Part shown: in pieces, positions 8,025 to 16,156 of the stretch
How positions within the stretch are numbered: the first letter of the stretch is position 1
Layout of the letters: every line of letters begins with the position of its first letter
Virus record (IMG/VR): IMGVR_UViG_3300028416_000010
Length of the DNA stretch: 20,000 nucleotides
Source of the DNA: an uncultured virus (IMG/VR IMGVR_UViG_3300028416_000010)
Lineage: Duplodnaviria > Heunggongvirae > Uroviricota > Caudoviricetes
Reading direction: 5' to 3' (one strand)
Made by a program: the position numbers and the translations under genes
The notes under the pieces: model-generated
What the model saw: the letters and a program-made list of their open reading frames with translations, nothing else
Databases searched by the model: none
What the model was told of the DNA's origin: nothing

Positions 8025-8324
8025 TTAACTTTCTATATCTATTAATTCTCCTTCCCATTCTTTGCCGTTTAAAAACCATTTTCTATTAGTTTGTCTAATT
8101 GAAACATTAGGCAAAGCATTTAATCTTTCTTTTGTAGTCGCAGTGTTATAACCACAATTTGTAATTGAAAGAGTATTGTTAGGGTCATTATATCTGTAAG
8201 CAATATCATTTCCAAACAAACTCAATATAGTTACATTAGGTAAAACTTTAACTTCTGTATTACTTTCACTAAAAGGAACAGCATTTAAAAAAGCTTCAAC
8301 TGATTTTTTTGTAATTTTTCTCAT
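8025..8324 (-). CDS. Hypothetical phage-type protein, 99 aa (start moved to MRKITKK)
   Basis: TxTTKERLN pattern recalled from uncharacterised phage proteins; sole gene of its module. Confidence 0.88.
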   Translation of the reverse strand: MRKITKKSVEAFLNAVPFSESNTEVKVLPNVTILSLFGNDIAYRYNDPNNTLSITNCGYNTATTKERLNALPNVSIRQTNRKWFLNGKEWEGELIDIES

Positions 8325-8339
8325 AGTATTTCTTTTATA

Positions 8340-8381
8340 GTTACAACATAATATAGTAAACATATTTTAAACTAATCAAAA
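8340..8381 (-). promoter_or_regulatory. Conserved module promoter
   Basis: Same motif, upstream of ATG at 8324. Confidence 0.8.
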
Positions 8382-8471
8382 GAATAGTATTTTTTTTTGA
8401 TGAAAGAATTTATTCTTGAGGAAGCTCAGACGGATTCTGAAGCTCAAAGGTTTATGATAGATTGGGGGGGG

Positions 8472-8545
8472 TATACAATAATTTTTTTATATTTTCTGAA
8501 AAGTTTCTATTTATTTTTCGGAAATTAATTGCTTTTTATTGTATA
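8472..8545. repeat. 74-bp dyad, copy 7
   Basis: Same geometry; inner boxes TTTTCTGAAAA / TTTTCGGAAAT. Confidence 0.93.
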
Positions 8546-8649
8546 TCTATCGTTCAAAAAAACCTCTCCCCCCAGAAGACGCTAGCTGCATGCGCTGCAA
8601 AAAAGCTGCAACATAACATTTATAAAAAACAAACCCACTTCCCAGAAAC

Positions 8650-8678
8650 AAAAAAAGCAACCGTTATAAGTTGCTTTT
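8650..8678 (-). terminator. Intrinsic terminator
   Basis: GCAAC/GTTGC hairpin plus U-run. Confidence 0.8.
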
Positions 8679-8792
8679 CAAATTCTCTTTTGGCATTACA
8701 TATATTACACCATCTTGCCTAAAAAATCTCCCTAAATAATTGCCTTTTAAATCGAAATACTCTCCTGTTATTTCATTTAGTTTTATAAACAT
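8664..8792 (-). CDS. Possible small protein, 42 aa (MFIKLNEITGEYFDLKG...)
   Basis: Hand-translated; overlaps upstream gene by 20 nt and stops inside the terminator. Confidence 0.5.
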   Translation of the reverse strand: MFIKLNEITGEYFDLKGNYLGRFFRQDGVIYVMPKENLKSNL

Positions 8793-9012
8793 TTTTAAAT
8801 TTTAATTTAATTTTTAATTTACACTCTTTTATTATTCGTTCCAAATCTTCAAAGTTAATATAGCTTAAAGGCATATTGTCTATTGCCCAAAAAGTACCAT
8901 TATCATTTAAACCTATTAGTCTATCTCTAACTGAAACTCTCCAATATGGACTATCAGTATAACCATTATAGGTTTTTTCATTCCAACATTCTCTTTTAAT
9001 TTGATAAGACAT
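8773..9012 (-). CDS. Hypothetical protein, 79 aa
   Basis: ORF in operon. Confidence 0.75.
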   Translation of the reverse strand: MSYQIKRECWNEKTYNGYTDSPYWRVSVRDRLIGLNDNGTFWAIDNMPLSYINFEDLERIIKECKLKIKLKFKNVYKTK

Positions 9013-9034
9013 AACTTATTTATTTAATTACATA

Positions 9035-9193
9035 TTAATCTTCATCACTTACATCTTCTATAATGACATCATCATAGCCGTCCATTTCATATTCTTCTGC
9101 CAATTCTTCTGCTTCTTGTAGTGTTAATAGATAATCATTAACTTCAGTACCACCAACCCATACGGTAAACTTTTTTTCTAAATCTAAACTCAT
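9035..9193 (-). CDS. Very acidic small protein, 52 aa (MSLDLEKKFTVWVGGTEVNDY...)
   Basis: Hand-translated; 18 D/E against 2 K; fills an operon gap. Confidence 0.85.
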   Translation of the reverse strand: MSLDLEKKFTVWVGGTEVNDYLLTLQEAEELAEEYEMDGYDDVIIEDVSDED

Positions 9194-9199
9194 AAATTT

Positions 9200-9430
9200 T
9201 TATTTTTGTTGTACATAATCTGCTATCTCACATAATTGTTCAATATCTAAAACATAAAAATCATATTCATATCCTAAATTATCTACTAAACAATTTTTAG
9301 TTATATTCGTTAAATAACGACCTCCTTCTAAATTAAAACATAATTTATCAGGTACTTTAAAAGGTGCTTTTATTTCAATTATAGTTAAAACATCATTTCT
9401 TAATATTTCTAATTTTTCCTTGTAATTCAT
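9200..9430 (-). CDS. Hypothetical protein, 76 aa (start moved to MNYKEK)
   Basis: First ATG after promoter. Confidence 0.8.
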   Translation of the reverse strand: MNYKEKLEILRNDVLTIIEIKAPFKVPDKLCFNLEGGRYLTNITKNCLVDNLGYEYDFYVLDIEQLCEIADYVQQK

Positions 9431-9445
9431 AATAGTATTTTTTAA

Positions 9446-9487
9446 GTTACAATATAATATAGTAAACAAATATCAATTCAATCAAAA
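9446..9487 (-). promoter_or_regulatory. Conserved module promoter
   Basis: Same motif, upstream of ATG at 9430. Confidence 0.8.
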
Positions 9488-9563
9488 TGTATATAATATT
9501 TTTTGTTGGGAAGATTTTCTGGATACTCAGATGCGTTTGGAGGTGGGGTTTGTGTTTTATATT

Positions 9564-9637
9564 TATACAATAATAAAACTATATTTTCCGAAAAGTTTAT
9601 GATTATTTTTCGGAAAATAATCACTTTTTATTGTATA
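9564..9637. repeat. 74-bp dyad, copy 8
   Basis: Same geometry. Confidence 0.95.
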
Positions 9638-9715
9638 TCTCATCTTAAAAGTGTTGAGCTTGAGTCATCCTTCAGTGGCTGAGATGCCAAGTCATACAAC
9701 TCCACTTTATAAAAC

Positions 9716-9746
9716 AAAAAAAAGACAACCATTTCTGATTGTCTTT
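9716..9746 (-). terminator. Intrinsic terminator
   Basis: GACAA/TTGTC hairpin plus U-run. Confidence 0.78.
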
Positions 9747-9815
9747 ATATTTTTGTTTTGATTTAATTAATTATAACACTTCATAATCAACATTTAAACG
9801 TTGGTTATTTCCTAA

Positions 9816-9959
9816 CTATGAACTTTTAACTTCTCTTATTACACTGCCACCATACATTTGGGCAACCTCTTGTGCTTCATTAATATCTTTAGCATCTATT
9901 AGGAATTTTTCCCCATGCTCAATACATTCAAATGTTTTTAATTTTTCTTTTTTACTCAT
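9816..9959 (-). CDS. Small hypothetical protein, 47 aa (MSKKEKLKTFECIEHG...)
   Basis: Hand-translated; same start context as its two upstream neighbours. Confidence 0.75.
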   Translation of the reverse strand: MSKKEKLKTFECIEHGEKFLIDAKDINEAQEVAQMYGGSVIREVKSS

Positions 9960-9966
9960 CTTTGTT

Positions 9967-10209
9967 TTAATTTAATATATCTGGATTACAGGTCTCTCTC
10001 CAATCAGACCAAGTTTCTTCCATATCTTCTTGATAATCTTCTAGTGTTATAGCTTCAAAACCATTCATTGTAGCATTAAACGATAACTTTTCAACTTCAC
10101 TTAATTTCTGTACGTGATATACTTGCCATATCGCTCCACCTAAGTGATTTCTTATAATCAATGTCTTAGGAAAATTTTCATTATTTGAAACATTACTAAA
10201 CATACTCAT
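9967..10209 (-). CDS. Hypothetical protein, 80 aa
   Basis: ORF in operon. Confidence 0.82.
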   Translation of the reverse strand: MSMFSNVSNNENFPKTLIIRNHLGGAIWQVYHVQKLSEVEKLSFNATMNGFEAITLEDYQEDMEETWSDWRETCNPDILN

Positions 10210-10226
10210 CTTTGTTTTGGTTTAAT

Positions 10227-10451
10227 TTATAGGATACATACTTCTACCCATCCTTTTTCAGAATGTTCTACTTCAGTATCAATGCCTTGATTTTTTAATT
10301 TGCTTGCAAGTTTATGAGCAGCTTGCCATAATCCTTCTTCAGGAACTTCATCATGTTCATCATCATAACAAACACTACCCCTACATTCATACATTGAATT
10401 TTCTTCATCATACTTAAAAGTATAACCATCTATTGTTTCTCTTTTACTCAT
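10227..10451 (-). CDS. Small acidic hypothetical protein, 74 aa
   Basis: ORF after promoter. Confidence 0.85.
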   Translation of the reverse strand: MSKRETIDGYTFKYDEENSMYECRGSVCYDDEHDEVPEEGLWQAAHKLASKLKNQGIDTEVEHSEKGWVEVCIL

Positions 10452-10522
10452 CTTTGTTTTGTTTTTAAATGTTTCCTAATGTGCAATAATCTTTTGTTTT
10501 AATGTTATAATATATAATCAAT

Positions 10523-10564
10523 CAACTTATATAACATAGTAAACAAACATTAAATTAATCAAAA
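10523..10564 (-). promoter_or_regulatory. Conserved module promoter
   Basis: Same motif (TACTATGTTAT). Confidence 0.75.
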
Positions 10565-10583
10565 AATAATAAAGTTTTTTAAT

Positions 10584-10817
10584 TTATTTTGTTATTTCAT
10601 TTATGTAATCAACTAAATTATCTAATATTTCTAATAAATCTAAATCAACTCTCCAACCTATAATAGTACAACTACTTGTTATACAAGCCATACTTCCTCC
10701 TTTTAGCAAACTTTTTCTTACAGACATTTTCTCCCCAACATAACCAAAGTTACTTAAAGATATTTCTAAATCTCCATAGCCATTCGATATGTTTGCATTT
10801 AAAACTTTAAACTTCAT
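10584..10817 (-). CDS. Hypothetical protein, 77 aa
   Basis: ORF after degenerate promoter. Confidence 0.75.
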   Translation of the reverse strand: MKFKVLNANISNGYGDLEISLSNFGYVGEKMSVRKSLLKGGSMACITSSCTIIGWRVDLDLLEILDNLVDYINEITK

Positions 10818-10849
10818 TATGTAAATTATTAATTTCTAAAATCTCTCCC

Positions 10850-10891
10850 TAACTAAACTAATATATTAAATTTAATTAATATTAATCAAAA
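10850..10891 (-). promoter_or_regulatory. Degenerate module promoter
   Basis: TTTTGATT-N15-TAATATATTAG. Confidence 0.55.
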
Positions 10892-10953
10892 ATACAAAAT
10901 AATTAATTCATAGCATCTTTTGAAGCTGGGAGGATTTATTATTTTTATAATGT

Positions 10954-11027
10954 TATACAATAATATTAACGTATTTTCCGAAAAAATATTACAAAATTTT
11001 CTGAAAATAATTACTTTTTTTTGTATA
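10954..11027. repeat. 74-bp dyad, copy 9 (A-rich, apparently inverted central spacer)
   Basis: Same geometry; core AATATTACAAAA instead of a T-rich core. Confidence 0.93.
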
Positions 11028-11109
11028 CATATCATTCAAAAAACCTCTCCCTTCATACAGGAACATGCATGTAACATGCATGTTAAATACAGGACTATCA
11101 TGTAAAAAC

Positions 11110-11140
11110 AAAAAAAGGCAACCATTTCTGATTGCCTTTT
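11110..11140 (-). terminator. Intrinsic terminator
   Basis: GGCAA/TTGCC hairpin plus U-run. Confidence 0.8.
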
Positions 11141-11162
11141 ATGTAACTAAAACTAACTATTA

Positions 11163-11723
11163 TTAACCCAAAATTATTGTATCTCCATTCACTTTTATTC
11201 TATCAATATTAGAAATTATATAAGTTCTATATTTGCTTGACTTCATATGTTTTTTTATATCATCTTTAGCCATTGTTTTTGCTCTTTTGTTTGTTGGTGG
11301 ATATTCTCCTTCAACTAAAACAGTTTTTCTCACTTCTTTAGCAAAGATATGAATTTGCTCTTTTTCAATGTTGTATTTAACATTTTTTGAAATACTAACG
11401 TAAGCATTTTTTTGACCATTTGAGCGATTAGCGTGTTGCTCTTTATCTAATTTGTTTGCTGTGTTATCATCAATACCTAATGATAATTTAACAGATTTTA
11501 ACAATTCAGCTTGAGCTGTAATAAAAGTTGCTTTGTCGTACTTTTCATTTTCTATATATTCAACATTTGGAATAATATCTAAATCTTTTCTCAAAGCGTT
11601 TTCGTAAATCGTGTTGATTTGAATTAAACGACTTGCCTCTTCACCAAACTTATTTGTGTAAGTGAAAGATACGAATTTTGCTCCTTTTGTTTCATTTAAC
11701 GCATTTACTAATTCTTGTAACAT
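11163..11723 (-). CDS. 186-aa protein, copy A; WYL/Sm-like SH3-barrel candidate
   Basis: FVSFTYTNKFGEEASR and YRTYIISNI resemble the ends of WYL-like domains. Confidence 0.9.
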   Translation of the reverse strand: MLQELVNALNETKGAKFVSFTYTNKFGEEASRLIQINTIYENALRKDLDIIPNVEYIENEKYDKATFITAQAELLKSVKLSLGIDDNTANKLDKEQHANRSNGQKNAYVSISKNVKYNIEKEQIHIFAKEVRKTVLVEGEYPPTNKRAKTMAKDDIKKHMKSSKYRTYIISNIDRIKVNGDTIILG

Positions 11724-11764
11724 AACCTTTTGTTTTTGAAGTTAAAGTGATACGTTTCTCGCAT

Positions 11765-11806
11765 CATCTACAACAATATAGTAAACAGATTTCAAACTAA
11801 TCAAAA
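11765..11806 (-). promoter_or_regulatory. Conserved module promoter
   Basis: Same motif, upstream of 186-aa gene A. Confidence 0.8.
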
Positions 11807-11847
11807 AACAATCAAAAAAAATGAAAAAATATTTTCAAAGGAATTTT

Positions 11848-11883
11848 TGAACATATCCCCCCATAGGGGGGGGTATATGTTCA
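11848..11883. repeat. GC-rich palindrome/hairpin
   Basis: TGAACATATCCCCCC-ATA-GGGGGGGGTATATGTTCA. Confidence 0.85.
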
Positions 11884-11910
11884 CTTGGAAAACGAATACT
11901 GAAAATAAGT

Positions 11911-11999
11911 TATACAAAAATAAATCTGTATTTTCCGAATTTTTGATAACAAGAATAAATTAATTATTTTTTCGGAAAATAATCTAAAAATATTGTATA
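11911..11999. repeat. 89-bp dyad variant, copy 10
   Basis: Four boxes with 27-nt central spacer; lies between divergent promoters. Confidence 0.9.
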
Positions 12000-12112
12000 C
12001 CTTAATAGTTTTGTTTTTGTGGAACCAGCATCTGACCTGGTCATCACCAGGAAATCTTACCCCCAAAACAACCTCCCTCCCAGCAAAAAAAATACAAAAA
12101 TATTCACTCAAT

Positions 12113-12154
12113 TTTTGATTACTTTAAAAACACTTTACTATATTATGGTGTAAC
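12113..12154 (+). promoter_or_regulatory. Conserved module promoter, opposite orientation
   Basis: TTTTGATTACTTTAAAAACACTTTACTATATTATGGTGTAAC upstream of ATG at 12170. Confidence 0.85.
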
Positions 12155-12169
12155 TTAAAAACATTTATT

Positions 12170-12493
12170 ATGAAAAGCACTAATGAAATCTTGAACGAAA
12201 TTACTACTAAAGGACAAATTTTAACTTTCTTTTATAGTGTAGGTCCAAATGCAACTAAAGAACAAAACTACTTTGCAGATAACAATAAATTATTTCTTGC
12301 AGAAACGGTTTATGACAATCAATTTAAAGAAGATTTAAAAAAACCAATTTTAAAACCTATATCAAAAACAAAATTATTTAAGATTATAGAAGAAAAGTCT
12401 AAAAAAGAATTTATTGACTTCACAGAGTATTTAGATTTAGAAAATTTAAAAGAAAGAATAGAAGATTATGAAAATGAATTAATGCTATTATAA
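12170..12493 (+). CDS. Hypothetical protein, 107 aa
   Basis: Own + strand promoter and terminator. Confidence 0.88.
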   Translation: MKSTNEILNEITTKGQILTFFYSVGPNATKEQNYFADNNKLFLAETVYDNQFKEDLKKPILKPISKTKLFKIIEEKSKKEFIDFTEYLDLENLKERIEDYENELMLL

Positions 12494-12527
12494 TGTTTTG
12501 AGAATAAACACAATAGTAAACTTGAAG

Positions 12528-12560
12528 AAAGACTCCTCAAAGCGAGGGGTCTTTTTTTTT
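12528..12560 (+). terminator. Intrinsic terminator
   Basis: GACTCCTC/GAGGGGTC hairpin plus T-run after 12170..12493. Confidence 0.85.
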
Positions 12561-12630
12561 GTTGTTTTTTCACAAAAGCACCCAACATAATATAAAGAAG
12601 GTTCTTATATATATTCCATCATTAAACATT

Positions 12631-12704
12631 TATACAATAATACTATTATATTTTCCGATTTTTTTACGATTATTTTTCGGAATATATTTTTAAATTATTG
12701 TATA
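12631..12704. repeat. 74-bp dyad, copy 11 (degenerate inner boxes)
   Basis: TTTTCCGATTT / TTTTCGGAATA, spacing conserved; between convergent genes. Confidence 0.88.
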
Positions 12705-12757
12705 TCTAATAATTTAATTAAAAAGAAAAAATCCATCTCACGGCTGCTTAAGATGGA

Positions 12758-13051
12758 TTACATATTTTCTCTGTGTTCAGATTTAACTTTACTAATATTT
12801 GACTTAGTGTTTATTGTGAAAGTTTTAATGTTTTTCTGGGGGCATATTAACATTTGCATAATACATATATAAAATTTTTCTGCATTTTCCATACAAGTTG
12901 AAACTTTTTTGTTTAGCATTAAAGATTTGATATTGTATTTTTTTTGAATGTGTTCATAAAAACTTAAACCCTCAAAATTTTTACCACTCCCATATTCTTT
13001 TGTCCAATTAGAAAATTCTGAATTAAGGTTTTGTTGGTCAATTTTATGCAT
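12758..13051 (-). CDS. Hypothetical protein, 97 aa
   Basis: ORF; lacks the consensus module promoter and terminator. Confidence 0.65.
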   Translation of the reverse strand: MHKIDQQNLNSEFSNWTKEYGSGKNFEGLSFYEHIQKKYNIKSLMLNKKVSTCMENAEKFYICIMQMLICPQKNIKTFTINTKSNISKVKSEHRENM

Positions 13052-13087
13052 GTGAATAATTTAGTAGAACTATATAATAAATAGTAT

Positions 13088-13125
13088 AAAAAAAAGAGCA
13101 ACCAATGATTGCTCTCCTTTTTTTA
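13088..13125. terminator. Intrinsic terminator, possibly bidirectional
   Basis: GAGCAA/TTGCTC hairpin with A-run and T-run. Confidence 0.75.
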
Positions 13126-13164
13126 TTAAACCACTAAATCTATTGTTATGAAAAAACCACAGAT
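13088..13164 (-). ncRNA. Candidate ~75 nt sRNA
   Basis: Complete Bacteroidota-type promoter at 13169..13199 followed closely by a hairpin and U-run. Confidence 0.5.
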
Positions 13165-13168
13165 GACA

Positions 13169-13199
13169 CAAAGATATAAACTTTTTAATCAAAGTCAAA
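13169..13199 (-). promoter_or_regulatory. Bacteroidota primary-sigma promoter
   Basis: TTTG-N19-TATCTTTG matches the -33 TTTG / -7 TAnnTTTG consensus. Confidence 0.65.
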
Positions 13200-13285
13200 C
13201 ATTAATTTAAATTTTTTTTATTTTTTTTAAAACCAAAGTGATTGTTATCAATATAATATTATAAAACATTTAAAATATTATTATC

Positions 13286-13522
13286 ATGAAAAAAGAAGTT
13301 AGACAAAAAAGAGTTTACCGAAAATGGTCAGAAGAAGCTTTAGATATAGTTGGAGCTTTTATTACAAAAGAAGAAGATTCAAATATTGATAAGTTAAAGT
13401 TTGTGCTGAAATTTGTTGAAGGTTTTGAAAGGACAGAAAGCACAATATGTTGGCAAGTGGACAAACAAAGAAGAGCTTATGGTATGAAACCTAAATTTAC
13501 AGGAGGAAATGTTAAGTTTTAA
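13286..13522 (+). CDS. Putative small DNA-binding protein (Myb/HTH-like), 78 aa
   Basis: RKWSEE...RTESTI pattern, basic N-terminus, own terminator. Confidence 0.78.
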   Translation: MKKEVRQKRVYRKWSEEALDIVGAFITKEEDSNIDKLKFVLKFVEGFERTESTICWQVDKQRRAYGMKPKFTGGNVKF

Positions 13523-13532
13523 TTAAGTGGAA

Positions 13533-13565
13533 TAAAAAGGTCAAAGGGAGAGTTTTGGCCTTTTT
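13533..13565 (+). terminator. Intrinsic terminator
   Basis: AGGTCAAAG/TTTTGGCCT hairpin plus T-run after 13286..13522. Confidence 0.75.
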
Positions 13566-13622
13566 ATAATGTAAATCCACTGGAGGTACAGTGAAGGGCT
13601 GGGGGGGTTATTAATTTATAAT

Positions 13623-13696
13623 TATACAATAATAAAACGATATTTTCCGAAAAGTTTCTATTTATTTTTCGGAAAATAATTGACTTTTATTGTATA
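13623..13696. repeat. 74-bp dyad, copy 12
   Basis: Same geometry. Confidence 0.95.
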
Positions 13697-13785
13697 TCTT
13701 AATTTTAGATTTTGGTTGAGCCACGGTTCACCAGGATTCACCCAGGAAATCTTACCCCCAAACAAAACCTCTCCCCAGCAAAAAC

Positions 13786-13817
13786 AAAAAAAGCACACCT
13801 ATAAAAAGGTATGCTTT
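13786..13817 (-). terminator. Intrinsic terminator
   Basis: GCACACCT/AGGTATGC hairpin plus U-run. Confidence 0.8.
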
Positions 13818-13849
13818 CTGTAACAAAAAAAACAATTAATATGTGAAAA

Positions 13850-14149
13850 CTATGCCACTCTATTTTTTGAAAACCATTTAGCCTTATGGTCTTGCTCTAC
13901 AAATTCCCTCTCTTCTAAAAATTGTATAGCAACACTTGTACAATCTTCAAAATTTTCTAAATTAGATTGATAATCTCTCCTAAAGATATCATCTTTATTA
14001 TTTAAGTTAAAGATATACATATTCCAATCGGCAATAATATCTTCATTCTCTATATGAACATCAATCCAAAAGAATTTATCGTATCTACTATCCTTAACCA
14101 AAACACTCCAACCAACTTTGTGTTTCTCTATTTTTAATGCCTTTATCAT
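13850..14149 (-). CDS. Hypothetical protein, 99 aa
   Basis: ORF before terminator. Confidence 0.85.
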   Translation of the reverse strand: MIKALKIEKHKVGWSVLVKDSRYDKFFWIDVHIENEDIIADWNMYIFNLNNKDDIFRRDYQSNLENFEDCTSVAIQFLEEREFVEQDHKAKWFSKNRVA

Positions 14150-14156
14150 CTTATCA

Positions 14157-14447
14157 TTAATTTAATTCGTATATGTAATAATCTGTAGCCAATAACTTTT
14201 TTTCAAAATCTACAATTTCATTAAGTTTTTTAACTATCAATTTTTTATTGTCACTATTGAATAACAATAAATTAACAACTGAATTTAGTTTATTAATATA
14301 AATACCAAAATCAAATAACAAACTTCTTGTTTTTAACATTGTAGTATTCATTTTTAAGTTGAACATAGTATGATTAATTTTTGTCATTATCAAACCTGTC
14401 AACTCTTCTTTTTTGTTTTCTAAATATAAGTCTAAAATTAAATTCAT
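14157..14447 (-). CDS. Hypothetical protein, 96 aa
   Basis: ORF after promoter. Confidence 0.8.
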   Translation of the reverse strand: MNLILDLYLENKKEELTGLIMTKINHTMFNLKMNTTMLKTRSLLFDFGIYINKLNSVVNLLLFNSDNKKLIVKKLNEIVDFEKKLLATDYYIYELN

Positions 14448-14462
14448 AATAAATCATTTTAA

Positions 14463-14504
14463 GTTACATTATAGTATAGTAAAATTATTCCAAACTAATC
14501 AAAA
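14463..14504 (-). promoter_or_regulatory. Conserved module promoter
   Basis: Same motif, upstream of ATG at 14447. Confidence 0.8.
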
Positions 14505-14578
14505 GTTAAACGACTTTTTTCTGAAGAAGATTTCTGGACGCTGGAAGGTTGTCTGGGGGTGGATTTGTGTTTTATAGT

Positions 14579-14652
14579 TATACAATAATAAGACGATATT
14601 TTCCGAAAAGTTTCTATTTATTTTTCTGAAAATAATTACTTTCTATTGTATA
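14579..14652. repeat. 74-bp dyad, copy 13
   Basis: Same geometry. Confidence 0.95.
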
Positions 14653-14729
14653 TCATATTTTGAAAATATTGAGCTTGGATTAATCGTCCAGTAACTGAGA
14701 TGGTAAATCTTCTTTGAAAAAAACTGCAC

Positions 14730-14761
14730 AAAAAAAAGAGCAACCCTTTCGAACTGCTCTT
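14730..14761 (-). terminator. Intrinsic terminator
   Basis: GAGCA/TGCTC hairpin plus U-run. Confidence 0.78.
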
Positions 14762-14788
14762 AAACTAACAAAACACTAACCACTTTCA

Positions 14789-15100
14789 CTAAACGCTATA
14801 CAAAACTCTTCCTCCTTTACTTTCTTTAATTGATAAAATACAATGGTCTAAAATTGCACACCCTCCTATACTTCTTTTGTTGTACAATAAGATAGGTACT
14901 TTAATATTTCCCCCACTCCTTCCTAATCTTCCTTTTATATCGTATATTTCATTCCAACTTTCTTTAGTTTCGACATTTCCATAATCTAAAACTATTCTGA
15001 CATCGTTTCTCATACAATATTCTAACACTTCAATTAATTTTTCGTCTGTTTGAATGTGATAACTAGTTCCATTGACTACTTTATATCTTACATTGCTCAT
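14789..15100 (-). CDS. Hypothetical phage-type protein, 103 aa
   Basis: GRSxG..K.P.L...RS.GG..ILD.CI pattern recalled from uncharacterised mobile-element proteins; sole gene of its module. Confidence 0.9.
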   Translation of the reverse strand: MSNVRYKVVNGTSYHIQTDEKLIEVLEYCMRNDVRIVLDYGNVETKESWNEIYDIKGRLGRSGGNIKVPILLYNKRSIGGCAILDHCILSIKESKGGRVLYSV

Positions 15101-15114
15101 AATATTGTTTTTAA

Positions 15115-15156
15115 GTTACACTATAATATAGTAAACAAATATCGAACTAATCAAAA
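15115..15156 (-). promoter_or_regulatory. Conserved module promoter
   Basis: Same motif, upstream of ATG at 15100. Confidence 0.85.
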
Positions 15157-15271
15157 AAGTATAAGTTTTTTGCTGGGGGGGTTATTCTTTAATAAGTTTT
15201 GACAGCAAGATTATTTCCTGATAACCTGAAGAAGCGAAGGAACAGCAAACATATTAATATTCAATTTAATG

Positions 15272-15345
15272 TATACAATAATAATATTTTATTTTCCGAA
15301 AAGTTTCTATTTATTTTTCTGAAAATAATTACTTTTTTTTGTATA
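15272..15345. repeat. 74-bp dyad, copy 14
   Basis: Same geometry. Confidence 0.95.
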
Positions 15346-15418
15346 CATATCATTCAAAAAACCTCTCCCTTCATACAGGAACATGCAGGAACATGTAGGA
15401 ATAAAATATAAAACAAAT

Positions 15419-15448
15419 AAAAAAAGGCAACCATTTCTGATTGCCTTT
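15419..15448 (-). terminator. Intrinsic terminator
   Basis: Copy of 11110..11140. Confidence 0.8.
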
Positions 15449-15471
15449 CGTGTAACTAAAACTAACTATTA

Positions 15472-16032
15472 TTAACCCAAAATTATTGTATCTCCATTCA
15501 CTTTTATTCTATCAATATTAGAAATTATATAAGTTCTATATTTGCTTGACTTCATTTGTTTTCTTATGTCGTCTTTAGCCATTGTTTTTGCTCTCTTATT
15601 TGTTGGTGGATGTTCTCCTTCAACTAAAACAGTTTTTCTCACTTCTTTAGCAAAGATATGAATTTGCTCTTTTTCAATGTTGTATTTAACATTTTTTGAA
15701 ATACTAACGTAAGCATTTTTTTGACCATTTGAGCGATTAGCGTGTTGCTCTTTATCTAATTTGTTTGCTGTGTTATCATCAATACCTAATGATAATTTAA
15801 TAGATTTTAACAATTCAGCTTGAGCTGTAATAAAAGTCGCTTTATCGTACTTTTCATTTTCTACATATTCAACATTTGGAATAATATCTAAATCTTTTCT
15901 CAAAGCGTTTTCGTAAATCGTGTTGATTTGAATTAAACGACTTGCCTCTTCCCCAAACTTATTTGTGTAAGTGAAAGATACGAATTTTGCTCCTTTTGTT
16001 TCATTTAACGCATTTACTAATTCTTGTAACAT
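15472..16032 (-). CDS. 186-aa protein, copy B
   Basis: 181/186 identical to copy A. Confidence 0.9.
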   Translation of the reverse strand: MLQELVNALNETKGAKFVSFTYTNKFGEEASRLIQINTIYENALRKDLDIIPNVEYVENEKYDKATFITAQAELLKSIKLSLGIDDNTANKLDKEQHANRSNGQKNAYVSISKNVKYNIEKEQIHIFAKEVRKTVLVEGEHPPTNKRAKTMAKDDIRKQMKSSKYRTYIISNIDRIKVNGDTIILG

Positions 16033-16073
16033 AACCTTTTGTTTTTGAAGTTAAAATGATACGTTTCTCGCAT

Positions 16074-16115
16074 CATCTACAACAATATAGTAAACAGATT
16101 TCAAACTAATCAAAA
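16074..16115 (-). promoter_or_regulatory. Conserved module promoter
   Basis: Same motif, upstream of 186-aa gene B. Confidence 0.8.
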
Positions 16116-16156
16116 AACAATCAAAAAAAATGAAAAAATATTTTCAAAGGCATTTT

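Larger units (their letters stand above)
10997..12163. repeat. ~1.16 kb direct duplication, copy A
   Basis: Matches 15315..16468 from the right inner dyad box through the 186-aa gene, 89-bp dyad and + strand promoter. Confidence 0.92.

Noticed and set aside
2112..9469. Shared N-terminal peptide MFTIL(Y/C) in three ORFs
   Set aside because: Artefact of an upstream TTG start inside the promoter motif; the downstream ATGs were used.
13068..13090. Second promoter class (TACTATTTAT) before 12758..13051
   Set aside because: Single instance without the TTTTGATT box in very AT-rich DNA; not supportable from this window.
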